Source: Octopus bimaculoides (lineage: Eukaryota). From it: DNA of 51,612 nt. The translations under genes and the position numbers were made by a program. The stretch is from assembly GCF_001194135.2 (NCBI RefSeq), contig NC_068984.1, positions 145,418,351-145,469,962 of the forward strand, read 5' to 3'. Shown in pieces: positions 12,031 through 23,782 of this stretch. Numbering within the stretch: the first letter of the stretch is position 1; every line of letters begins with the position of its first letter. Under the pieces are notes generated by a model, which ran no database searches, had not been told where the DNA came from, and was given only the letters and a program-made list of their open reading frames with translations.

Positions 12031-12999
12031 CAAGTCACTGAACTTTTCAAAACCGAAAGTAAAATTTTTATTCTTGAAATGTCTATAGTGTTCCATCTGG
12101 TATTGTGGTACCAAGTGCATTAAACTTACACATACAGACACACAAACGCATACACACCCATACACACACACACACATGCATAATATGGCTAAAATGTGCT
12201 TATGCACAAAAGAAATAGCCATAGATATAAGAGCTCTATTTTTAACATAATGTTATAAACCACAATATTTGGCTTTCTTCAATAGAAAAACGAAAGTAAA
12301 AGGGTTTTTGTGATATTTTGTCGAAAGAATATAATTTGATGGATGTTAAGAATCAGACATTAGAAGAAGAAGAAACCAAAAGACAAGAACACTTTAAAAA
12401 GTTTTCAAATATCAATGATGTTCTCTCTTTTTACCATTTCTTCTAACACTTGATGGTTTAATGGTTCGGGTATTCACATCATGGTTGCAAGGTTGTGAAT
12501 TCAATTCCTGGTGATGAGTTCGATTCCCGGCGACACGTTGTGTCCTTGAGCAAGACACTTTATTTCACATTTCTCCAGTCGACTCAGCTGGCAAAAACGA
12601 GTGGTACCCGTATTTCAAAGGCCCAGCCTTGTCATTTTGTGTGTCATGCTGAATCTCCCTGAGAACTATGTTCCAATTTGTTTCACCAAATCTACACACA
12701 CACACACACAACACACACATGCACACACACACACATACAAAAGAGAGGGAGAGAGAGAGGGAGAGCATGTTATTGGATTACAGATATATAATTGTTGGAT
12801 TAAGTATCATACGAATGTCTTGAATTAATGTCCCAAACTTTGAATGGAAAGAGGATTTCTTCAAATAAAATTCTAAAAAATGCTGCTGCTGTTGTTACAA
12901 ATAAAAGTACTACAACTGCTATAATAAGTACTGGTACCACCCAACTTCTGTTATTACCCCCACCACCAGTAAGTGATACAGACAGCACTATTATTATTA

Positions 13000-13225
13000 C
13001 CACCACCACCACCACAACAACATTATCCCTTCCACCATTACTCTCACTAGTTAAAATTGCTATCACCACCACCACTGGCCCATCCCCCAACCACCACTAC
13101 TAACTTCATCACCATCAAAACTTCCAACATCTCCCACAACCAATATCATGATGATGGTGGTGGTGGTGGTGGTGATGGTGGTGGTGGTGGTGGTGGTGGT
13201 ATTGGTGGTGGTGGTGGTGGTGATA
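13000..13225. repeat. (ACC)n/(GGT)n trinucleotide microsatellite block
   Basis: Read directly from the sequence. It generates spurious poly-Gly, poly-His and poly-Thr ORFs. Confidence 0.9.
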
Positions 13226-13756
13226 TGAACGTTTCAATAGACTGGAGGAGCTTGTCCCCATCACATTCAACAACAGTACAAATATTTTTAACAGTTGTGA
13301 TTCAACAATGGGTGTGGCCCCCATGTTTTCTCATTCCATAAGGAATTGGAGCAAAACCACTCAGAAAAGAGGTCTGTTGGCTTCTCTTTGCTTCTGTGTA
13401 TTGCTTATAAACCTTTGACTAACACATCTTGGAGAGAAACCTCACGGCCAATGAGGGGACATCTACAAGGTTTGAGACATTTTGGCATAGCTGTTTCGGT
13501 GCCGCCTATTCGGCATGGCTTTTTTGACATCAACAGGCTTATGTTTCTTTCATTCTCTCCCTCTCTCTATGCCTGTGAGCATATTCTTCTCCATATCTAC
13601 GAGAAGGAAAAATGCTTTTGTCAATTATATTCAATTAATAGATTCTAATGTCGTCCTCTCTCTCTCTCTCCTTTTCTTCCTGTGAACCCCATCTTATTGT
13701 GCCTAGCCAGTTCTGGCACCCTACGCATTCATGTGCCTAGATTCTCATTTTTATCT

Positions 13757-14115
13757 TCTATCTTTTATTTGTTTCAGTTTTTAGACTGCGGCCATGCTGG
13801 GGCACCGTCTTGAAGAATTTCTAGTTGAAAGAATCAACCCCAGGACATTTTCTTAAAGCTTGTACTTATTCTATCAGTCTCCGGTGCTGAACTGCTAGTT
13901 TATGAGGATGTAAACAAACCAACACCAGTTGTCAAGCGGTGGTGGAGGACAAACACAGAAGAAACACACACACATATGACAGGATTCTTTCAGTTTCCAT
14001 CTACCAAATCCACTCACAAGGCTTTGGTCAGCCTAATCCTATAGTAGAACACACTTGTCCTACATGCCACACATTGGGAATGAGCCCAGAGCCATGTGGT
14101 TGGGAAGCAAGCTTC
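13757..14115 (-). mobile_element. SINE family B, near full length
   Basis: Both halves are present with a (TG)n linker. The 3' end is gcatggccgcagtctaaaaactgaaacaaataaaaga. Confidence 0.85.
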
Positions 14116-14158
14116 ATGCATCTATCTATCTATATTAATCTCTCTCTCTCTCTCTCTC

Positions 14159-14221
<63 letters not shown>

Positions 14222-14940
14222 TTCTATTTTATTTGGGTCAATTTCATCTTTTGTTACTCTGAATTTCATCGGTGGATGCGCAGGATATTCAAGCAATTCA
14301 TGACTTAGAATTGATGGTGTTTGCATATCTATATATAGTTTTCTTGTCACAGGGTATGGTGATGGTGGTGGAGAGGAAATATGATAATGGGTGTAAGGGG
14401 GATGGAAGAAAAAAATTGAGGAAAAAGAAAGACGAAAAAACAAGAAACATGATAATGCTGACAAGCAAGAGACCGATTCCACCAAAATAAATACAGCATT
14501 TATCTTTGTTCTGATATTGAGTATTCTTTCAACTGACAGTCAACATGTCAGCACAAAACACGTAGAATTGTGCTTACAATGTGAAAAAACAGTTTTTGGT
14601 GCAAGTGTGATGAAGTACTGCTCTAACGTATAAAACCACACATATATTACCTAACATTTCACCTGTAATTTTGCATGCAATAGCATTACAAACAGGCTGG
14701 TGCTGAAACAATTGTAACTGGTCATTAAAGATGTGTTCAGCTCTTTCTTTGTCATCTAATTTGGATTATATTTTACTCATTGCTAAACCCACACACTGGG
14801 TTTACCAGTGTGGTACCTGGATTTTCTACACCAACAGGATTTCGGTCTTCCTCGAGACTCCAATTCAAGAGTGTAGATACTCTTGGGCATGGGTTGAGTG
14901 CTGCACTGGAAATACTCCAACTTTCTACCTCATCAAGACC

Positions 14941-14983
<43 letters not shown>

Positions 14984-15022
14984 GGTTGAAAAGGAACACA
15001 CAAGTTGATATATATATATATG

Positions 15023-15385
15023 AGTCAAGGTAGAAAATGCTAAAATAATTTAATTGTATAAAAAATATTTCAGTACTGGTTTCAATCANNNNNNNNNNNN
15101 NNNNNNNNNNNNNNNNNNNNNNNNNNNNNNNNNNNNNNNNNNNNNNNNNNNNNNNNNNNNNNNNNNNNNNNNNNNNNNNNNNNNNNNNNNNNNNNNNNNN
15201 NNNNNNNNNNNNNNNNNNNNNNNNNNNNNNNNNNNNNNNNNNNNNNNNNNNNNNNNNNNNNNNNNNNNNNNNAATTTTTCCAAAATTTAATTGTCTTCCA
15301 TACTTAGAGTTGAAAAAGTCTCAATGACCGAAACCGGTACTGAAATGTTTTTTATACAATTATTTTAGCATTCTCTACCTTGACT
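15023..15385. mobile_element. Inverted-repeat element, probably Penelope-like pseudo-LTR pair, spanning an assembly gap
   Basis: 15023-15088 is an imperfect reverse complement of 15325-15385. The right arm adjoins a hammerhead-like core. Confidence 0.6.
15308..15341 (+). ncRNA. Minimal type-I hammerhead ribozyme motif, U3-A8 variant
   Basis: AG-TTGAAAA-A-GTC-tcaat-GAC-C-GAAAC-cg-GTA^CT. Core UUGANAA, stem II GUC/GAC, GAAA, palindromic stem III ACCGGT and a GUA cleavage triplet are present. Stem I has only 2 bp in this copy. Confidence 0.55.
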
Positions 15386-15387
15386 TT

Positions 15388-15418
<31 letters not shown>

Positions 15419-15508
15419 CTAAGAACAAACACAAAAAAAAAAAACAACAACGCAAGGATGTGGTACATGTAAAGTATTAGCAGGCACTTGGGGAAGGAAA
15501 GAAAGGTG

Positions 15509-15543
15509 GTTTTACGTTTTGAGCAAAGCTCTTTGTCAGAAAC
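15509..15543 (-). ncRNA. Decayed minimal hammerhead motif (G8>A, G12>A)
   Basis: GTTT-CTGACAA-A-GAGC-ttt-GCTC-AAAAC-GTA^AAAC. Stem I GTTT/AAAC, stem II GAGC/GCTC and palindromic stem III ACGT are all intact. Confidence 0.6.
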
Positions 15544-15861
15544 AAGAGACAGAGGAAAGTCCAATAGAAAAGGAAGGAGGAGGAAAAAAATCACCAACAC
15601 TTCACATGTGGTTACATTCTGATATGTATATATATATATATATGTATACATATACATACACAAACACACACACATGCATACAAGAAGAGGGATAGATAGA
15701 TATATAGATAGATATCAAAGGCAGGGCAACAGGTGGTCATTAAGTCGAAAGACATCAGCACACCTAAAGACAGTCCAGTGAGTGGTCACTCCACTGGCGA
15801 GAATAGTGGCCAAAGAGAGCCCAGTGACATGAAGATGTAATCTAAAGAGAAAGCAACTTAC

Positions 15862-15977
15862 AAAGAGGTAATCGGCCCACACTCGTTTGGCTTTCTCCAA
15901 GGCTTTCTGTCGTAGATTCATCACATGAATAAACCGCTCTCGTACCCAGTGACAGGGAGATTCTTCATCTGCATAGC
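15862..15977 (-). CDS. COLGALT1: COLGALT exon B (116 nt)
   Basis: Acceptor ttattctcag|GC and donor TTT|gtaagt. Encodes (G)YADEESPCHWVRERFIHVMNLRQKALEKAKRVWADYLF, similar to recalled human [39 protein letters not shown]. Confidence 0.95.
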
Positions 15978-16196
15978 CTGAGAATAAAAAAAAAGAAGAA
16001 AAAAAAACAATCAAACAAACAAAAGAAAGATATAAGTAATGATATACATATCACAAACACACACACATCATCATCACCATTATCATTTAACATGTTGACT
16101 GCCACATGTCCCACCAGTGGTTCATCACACAGTCCACACAACTCTGCCAGTGACAGGCTATGGTAGTTAATGTGTTAATATTCATATTCCTGAAGA

Positions 16197-16410
16197 CAGC
16201 AAGCTGGCGGAATCGTTAGCATGCAGGACGAAATGCTTAGCAGTATTTTGTCTGTCTTTACAATCTCAGTTCAAGTTCTGCTGAGGTCAACTTTGCATTT
16301 CATCCTTTTGAGGCCAATAAATTGAGTACCAGTTGTGTACTAGGGTCGATCTAATCGACTGCCCCTCCCCTCCCAAAATTTCGGGCCTTGTGCCTAGAGT
16401 AGAAAAGAAT
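16197..16410 (+). mobile_element. tRNA-derived SINE family D
   Basis: agctggcggaatcgttagc...aaatgcttagcagtatt...cagttcaagttctgctgaggtcaactttgcatttcatcctttt...agtaccagttg...ggtcgat. Related copies lie at about 3945-4125, 26085-26165, 28370-28515, 29855-29950, 33495-33640, 33655-33855, 35545-35620 and 49965-50125 (all +). Confidence 0.8.
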
Positions 16411-16679
16411 ATTCATATTCCTTGTTGGCATATGTCTGACTGAGGACTGGCAAGCCAGGAGGCTGCACCAGGCTCCAATCTGATCTGAGAAGGTTTCTAC
16501 AGCTGGATGCTCTTCCTAACGCCAACCACTCCAGGAGTGTGATGGGTGCATTTTATGTGCCACCGGCACAGGAGCCAGTCAGGGGCCACTGGCATCAGCC
16601 ACACTCAGATGGTGCTTTTTACATATATATATATGTATGTATGCATGTGTCCTTATCTCCACATCTGTTGGGCCTGGTC

Positions 16680-16932
16680 AACCACCAGAGAGCTCATAGG
16701 AATCGACCCATGGTAAACTGTGATATGGCTATTGTTCACAACAAAATATGTGCAACCCTATGGAAAGATGTGCCTCTCAGTTGGAGGATTGAAAAGGCGT
16801 GTCAAAAGAGTTCAGGCTGTGGCACCCATTCCTTCTGTCAGCCAGCAGAGCTGTGCAGTATGCAATAAAATGCATAAATCTTTGGCTGAGCTCAAGAGTC
16901 ATTCAAGGGACTCACATTGAACAACATTGACT
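16680..16932 (+). mobile_element. Decayed C2H2 zinc-finger pair, probably the C-terminus of a second non-LTR retrotransposon ORF2
   Basis: GKMCLSVGGLKRRVK and CAVCNKMHKSLAELKSHSRDSH*, with a frameshift at the first CxxC. This resembles the CxxC...GLxSHxRxH tail of RTE/BovB-like ORF2. Confidence 0.5.
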
Positions 16933-18014
16933 NNNNNNNNNNNNNNNNNNNNNNNNNNNNNNNNNNNNNNNNNNNNNNNNNNNNNNNNNNNNNNNNNNNN
17001 NNNNNNNNNNNNNNNNNNNNNNNNNNNNNNNNNNNNNNNNNNNNNNNNNNNNNNNNNNNNNNNNNNNNNNNNNNNNNNNNNNNNNNNNNNNNNNNNNNNN
17101 NNNNNNNNNNNNNNNNNNNNNNNNNNNNNNNNNNNNNNNNNNNNNNNNNNNNNNNNNNNNNNNNNNNNNNNNNNNNNNNNNNNNNNNNNNNNNNNNNNNN
17201 NNNNNNNNNNNNNNNNNNNNNNNNNNNNNNNNNNNNNNNNNNNNNNNNNNNNNNNNNNNNNNNNNNNNNNNNNNNNNNNNNNNNNNNNNNNNNNNNNNNN
17301 NNNNNNNNNNNNNNNNNNNNNNNNNNNNNNNNNNNNNNNNNNNNNNNNNNNNNNNNNNNNNNNNNNNNNNNNNNNNNNNNNNNNNNNNNNNNNNNNNNNN
17401 NNNNNNNNNNNNNNNNNNNNNNNNNNNNNNNNNNNNNNNNNNNNNNNNNNNNNNNNNNNNNNNNNNNNNNNNNNNNNNNNNNNNNNNNNNNNNNNNNNNN
17501 NNNNNNNNNNNNNNNNNNNNNNNNNNNNNNNNNNNNNNNNNNNNNNNNNNNNNNNNNNNNNNNNNNNNNNNNNNNNNNNNNNNNNNNNNNNNNNNNNNNN
17601 NNNNNNNNNNNNNNNNNNNNNNNNNNNNNNNNNNNNNNNNNNNNNNNNNNNNNNNNNNNNNNNNNNNNNNNNNNNNNNNNNNNNNNNNNNNNNNNNNNNN
17701 NNNNNNNNNNNNNNNNNNNNNNNNNNNNNNNNNNNNNNNNNNNNNNNNNNNNNNNNNNNNNNNNNNNNNNNNNNNNNNNNNNNNNNNNNNNNNNNNNNNN
17801 NNNNNNNNNNNNNNNNTATATATATATATATATGTCTATGTATATAATGGAATGTGGATGTTAAATGATGAAGCTGAGTGATGAGATATAATGTACCATA
17901 ATGATCAGCAAAATCCACCCTTGGGGTGGTTTTTCTGCCGATATCTTCAATAAAACTTTAGAATATAGAACACATAACTGTGGCCAAGAATTAGATGTTA
18001 TTGCATACATTCAT

Positions 18015-18047
<33 letters not shown>

Positions 18048-18535
18048 ATATGCATATGCAATGTACCTTAGGAAAGATGGAAGCATTGAACTTGAATACT
18101 TGTAAGGAATTTTAAATAATAACCGAAATTATGCCAAAGTGAATATTAACTAGAGAAATTACACTTAATACACCACAACTCCATCAATATCTCTATCTAT
18201 CTATAGCTTTCTTTCTTTCTTTCTTTCTTTCTATGTAACTATCTGTCTAACACTATCTATCTATCTATCCATCTATGTTACTGTTTATCTACACATCTAT
18301 CTATACATCTGTCTGTCCATCTCTCTATATATCTATCTCTATCTATCTCTCTATCTCAATCTCTATCTCTATCTATCTCTGTCTGTCCGTCTGCCTGTTT
18401 GTCCATCCGTCTGTCTGTCTATCACCAACTATCTATCTATCTGTCTGTCTCTCTCTCTCTCTATATATATATATGTAAATGTACACACACACACACACAC
18501 ACACACACTCTCTCTCTCATACTTTAATTTGCATA

Positions 18536-18568
18536 CTGAATATTGTGAATTAAATTCACAATATTCAG
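18536..18568. repeat. Perfect 16-bp inverted repeat with 1-nt spacer
   Basis: CTGAATATTGTGAATT-A-AATTCACAATATTCAG. Confidence 0.95.
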
Positions 18569-18701
18569 AAATATATTTTCATATAAATGAGATTAAATCG
18601 AAGAGATGCTCTCTTATCAAATTACATCTAATTGCGTTTAAATGCATCAGTTGTACTCGTAGAACTGCCTGTATAAGTTAGTTGCTTGATACAAGCAGAT
18701 T

Positions 18702-18737
<36 letters not shown>

Positions 18738-19443
18738 ACAAAAAGAACAAGAAAATGGAGAATCATCATTATCATTGTTATTATTATTATTATTATTATT
18801 TAAAGAAGTGTGTTCTTGAAATGCATGGTGTGAGAGCCTACAGTGTGGTGTTGGGTGCGAGAAGCATGAAAAAGCTGTTAGCTTTATTAAAGACAGCATA
18901 TTTGAGGAAATAAATTGCTGGCTTTAATTACTCAGAGACGCTATCTGCATGAAAAATCAACAGTTAAGTTAATGCTGGCATATTTCATGTATTGAGCATC
19001 AAAAATCTAATTAGAAAAACTATAATGGTGGAGAGAAGACAGCATCAACTCAGTGGCTAATATTCAATATTCACCATCGTTGTTTGAATGTCCACTTTTC
19101 CATGCGTTTATGGGTTGGATGGAATTTGTTGGAGCAGGTTAGCTGTGGTCAGACGCCAATCCTCTTGCCGACTGCCACCTGATTCCAATTATGGTAATAA
19201 TCTTTCTTCATGATCAGACATGTTTTTACAGAAGATTGGAAACAAAAGGACATCGCTTGCATAACAGTGACACTTGTTAACAACTATCACATGATGTCTA
19301 AGCAAAGAGACAGTAATTCACACACACACACACACACACACACTTTATCCTCCCCATCACACTTACATCTCCCTCAACACAACTCTTCACTCAGTTAAAG
19401 GGTCTTGTCTTGCGAGTTACTTGATGATCACATTGGTATTGGT

Positions 19444-19477
<34 letters not shown>

Positions 19478-20156
19478 TGAAAAAAAAAAAAACTTCAGTA
19501 CACTCTGTAAAATGGTTGGCATTAAGAAGAGTCTCTTTGGTCTCTTTGGTACCAAAACAGACATAGAGCTTGGCATAGCTCTCTGGATCATCAGTTCCTG
19601 TGAAGCATTCTAACCCATGCAAGCATGAAAAACGGATGTAAAATGATGACAATGATGATGATGATGGTTTAGTTGACCAAAGACAACGGTACAAAAAGCT
19701 TCTTCAAGATTTTACACTTTGAAACAGTAGCTAAAAGCACAGAGTTACAAGCCATACTTCTTAACCACACAGCCATGCTTGCACTCCATTACCTAATAGA
19801 TGTATATGATGTAGCATTGGTTAGTTCCCTCACAGTATCATACCATTGAGCAGCTGTCCTATAGAATTCGTAACAAGAACTTCTTCAATGCAAAGATATT
19901 GAACTTCATTGACAAAGATGACGGCAGCCATTTTTGTAAGTTAAAAATCTTGGTAGTAACATTGTACAATAAAAGTGTAGGTTTTTGTGAAACTGTCAAT
20001 TTATATTAGATAAACATTTCCCCAGCAGAATTTAGAAGTTTTACATTAGCATATCATTGAAAAACAGTAAACAAGACATAAACTAGTAAATAATGTATGG
20101 CTTTGTAAAAATTGTATTCAAACATAGATTTGAGCTTATTCACTGTCATGTATATC

Positions 20157-20224
<68 letters not shown>

Positions 20225-20471
20225 CATCATCATTTAACGTCTGTTAAAGGAATGATGATGATTATAAATATAAAGTATATATACATGTATATATATATAT
20301 ACACACTATTTATATGTATAGTATTCATTTATAAATGATATACACATAAATGCAAAAATAAATATACGTATAGATACAAAAATGTGTGTGTGTATGTGCG
20401 TGTGTATAGACACACACACACATGTATACATACATAAACATACACACACAAATATATAATCATATATATAG

Positions 20472-20508
<37 letters not shown>

Positions 20509-20684
20509 AACACATAAATATGCTTATATATCTATCTGTGTGTGTGTGTGTGTGTTAAAATATTCTACATCATTCTGTAGAGCAATGCCAGAATTACCAT
20601 GTTGTTGTGTTCAGTGAAGAAGAAGCAAGTAAGTGATTCCAAAAAGTGTTTGACAAATGAAATATGGTAAGCAACAGAGGAAGT

Positions 20685-20845
20685 TGTATATTAAATATGA
20701 AATATACATATAGAGATAATATAGCTGTATATTAAATGAATATAAAACACACATACAAAGAGAATATATTTGTATATTAAATAAATATAAAATACAGAGA
20801 GAGAATGTATTGTATATTAAATAGAAAATATATGGAGAATGTATT
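20685..20845. repeat. ~42-bp AT-rich minisatellite, about 4 degenerate copies
   Basis: Recurring tgtatattaaat...gagaat(g/a)tat. Confidence 0.7.
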
Positions 20846-21202
20846 TGTTTGTCTTTTGATTTCGTGAAGACAGAAAAAGGCAAAAATTTTTTTAAACAAA
20901 TTGAATTTTTCCATAAAATATAGCAACAGAATATTTACAATCATTCCAATAGAAATCTTAATTATAATATTTCACTGAATTTCATATAATTTAGCTCTAG
21001 GTTTGAAAGGAAATGAGAAAAGGAGAGGGAGAGAGAGGGGTGGGCAGCTCCCATTTTGGAGCTGTATTTGTCCAACAGGTGATTTGATCTGAGAATACGT
21101 GTTGAAACTGAAGTAACAACATTACAATCAGGCTATTTAATAATATATAAATCTGTTTAATTTGAAATTTAAGTCGTGAAGTGTCTTTATTATTATTATT
21201 AC

Positions 21203-21233
<31 letters not shown>

Positions 21234-22057
21234 AATTGGAAGCAGTTACAGAGTGACCCAAGGGATGAGAGTTTTGTGCATCAGCCCTTCTCAAACTGGT
21301 TTCAAATCAAGGTGATTACATTTATATACTGGCCATTATGTCAATGTACAAAACTCTTGGTCCTTGAGTCAATCTGTAACATCGTCATCATCATCATCAT
21401 TTAACGTCCATTTTCCATGCTGGCATGGGTTGGAAGGTTCGACCAGGGCTGGCAAGCTGAAGGTTGCACCAGACTCCAGTCTGGTTCTACGGCTGGATGC
21501 CATTCCTAACATCACCACCATTGCTGTCTTCATTCCAGTTACTCTCACCCACCCTTATATAATCTTGGGTAGCCTTGTATCTCCTCTGTGACAAAATATC
21601 TAACCCCCCTACACCTGGCATGAAAAACTGTTGCCCCAACTTTCAAACATTCCCCTCCCCACCCATTTACTTAAGGGGTCTTTTTTCCCTTTTTTTCCTA
21701 CTTCTCATTCCTTTCTTGTCTTGCAAGCTGTTTGGTGACCTTAATTGTGCTGGTGATACGAAATAGCACCCTGTGCACCCTGTAAAGTGGTTGGCATTAG
21801 GAGGGGCATTCAGCTGCAGAGACCACATCAAAGTAAAGAGAGGAGCTCAATGCAACCTTGTGACTCACTGGATCCTGTCAAACCAACCAACCAATCCATG
21901 CCAGCATGGGAAACAGACATTAAATGATGATGACTGATTATGAATGACTGATGAATGATACACTCATGTTTTGAGTTTTGTTTTCCTGTTTGCATCACCA
22001 AACCTATTTCATGTCGTTGTCAACATTTTGGTTGCAAACTAGAGCAGCAGTGGAACT

Positions 22058-22147
22058 ATGTCAATGATCAGGACTACAGAATGTCAATGACCAGGCTACA
22101 GAATGTCAATGACCAAGGCTACAGAATGTCAATGACCAGGCTTCAGA
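22058..22147. repeat. 22/23-bp minisatellite, 4 copies
   Basis: Unit atgtcaatgaccaggctacaga. Confidence 0.95.
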
Positions 22148-22486
22148 TGAGTGACAACAATTTCCATGACATCTCACAAAATCAATTAAAAGTAAATTTA
22201 AGAGATTTGTACATTATTAAATGACTCTTAATGATATAGAGTTACCATTTTATCAGACAAATGGGAAATGGCTTGTGTAACAGACTGAATATTATATTCC
22301 TGATAAATGAAAGTTAAAATTTTAATCCAGAATGATTTGTTAAATCATATTTAAAACACTACTCCTACCAAATTCTTCATTTCTTTGGGAATTTATTGAA
22401 AATACAAACACTATTATTTTAGAAATATGGCTCCAAAAGGTTAAAGAGAAACTAGAATTAAAAAGATGTGAAGAGGCAGGCCTTAC

Positions 22487-22599
22487 CAAATGATTTTTCA
22501 TCAATCTTTAAGTCTATGGAATGATAAAGCTTTTTGGCATAGCTTGCCCATTCTTTCAATATAGCTGATGTGTTGTCAACGTTGTGATCACTGCGTATC
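22487..22599 (-). CDS. COLGALT1: Procollagen galactosyltransferase, coding exon A (113 nt; first exon recoverable in the window)
   Basis: Acceptor tgttgcag|G and donor TTTG|gtaagg. Encodes (W)IRSDHNVDNTSAILKEWASYAKKLYHSIDLKIDEKSF(G), matching the recalled COLGALT/GLT25D motif W-x-x-x-DHN-x-DNTS-x-x-L-x-EW. Its phase-1 end fits the next exon. The symbol is the closest recalled family member; an invertebrate copy may be co-orthologous to COLGALT1/2/CERCAM. Confidence 0.93.
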
Positions 22600-23782
22600 C
22601 TGCAACAGACAAATGGAAGACAAAGGTAAATTAATCTGGACCAGCAAACCAATAGATCATAAGTTCAAATATACCTAGAAACAGTATACTATGCTTTTAT
22701 ACAAGATATCTATTTAGTGATTCTAAATGTTACAGGTTCAAATACACCGTGAAAACTGTGTTGTGTCTTTATACAAAATATCCATTTAAATACTCAAAAC
22801 TACTGACAAATGCTCACCAGAAAAGTAAAACAACTGAAAAGAGAATTTCTTGTACATCACAAAAATTAAGGGTCAATTATACTTGTATTAAAATAAGTGA
22901 AAAAGGTACGAAAACTCATCACCCCACTCCCACCCCTCATTTACCTACATATGATGATTATTTCTTGTTTAGAATGCATGTGTGTATATTTATATTTTAC
23001 ATACAACTTGCTCAAACATTCCCAACATCAGCTGTCAATTGAATATCACAGTCATTTCAGCACTTTACAGCAGTTGTCAATGTTTCAGCTAGGCAGTGTT
23101 GATATTTGACATTACTTAATATTATTGCATTTGACTTTCAAAGACCTGCATATTATAATAATCCCTTTCCTGAAAAAAAACAGATGAGAGTTGGTGACAG
23201 GAATGGCTTCGAGCCACAAAAAGTAAAAAAAAAAAAAAGAAAAAGGCACTCGGTGGGTTATGACGATGGGTGTTCCAGTTGATCCGATCAACAGAACAGC
23301 CTGCTCGTGAAGTTAACGTGCAAGTGGCTGAGCACTCCACAGACACACATACTCTTAACATAGTTCTTAGGCAGATTCAGCTTGACAGAAAGTCACAGTG
23401 CACTGGTTGTTTGGTAAAGTGTAGTTAGATGCAGTGCAGAGATAAAATTATCTCACAAAAAAACAGAAAAAAGAGAAAAGCAAAACCAGAAAGATCTCAA
23501 CTTCTAACAGAATACAACAATAATTTGTTAAAGATGAAACAGGTGTATATTTATCTGAAATATGTCTGAACATAGAAAACAGAACCAAAAACAAAATCAA
23601 GCTCGGTTTCTCTTTGATAATTAAGTTTCATTTATGGACTAAAGATGTTACAAGTATTTATTAGAATTTTCTGCCGTTTGGATTATTTATATTGAAAGGT
23701 TAAAACACACATAACTACCATTTTTTAATGCGTTTTTCATACTTTATGCACAAAGCTGTCATTGTCATCGTCATTCTTTTAA

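Noticed and set aside
13115-13324. Poly-His / poly-Gly ORFs
   Set aside because: (GGT)n microsatellite with no flanking coding context.
13480-13545. Minus-strand TGCCG-aatagg-CGGCA-cc-GAAACAGCT as another hammerhead, and KPVDVKKAMP as an RRM fragment
   Set aside because: There is no CUGANGA at the required position, and there is no acceptor or further RRM sequence.
14560-14630. Cys pattern resembling a piggyBac C-terminal cysteine-rich domain
   Set aside because: Requires a frameshift and lacks several ligands; no other transposase sequence on that strand.
22058-22147. CRISPR-like array
   Set aside because: The units are contiguous with no unique spacers, and the DNA is eukaryotic intron.
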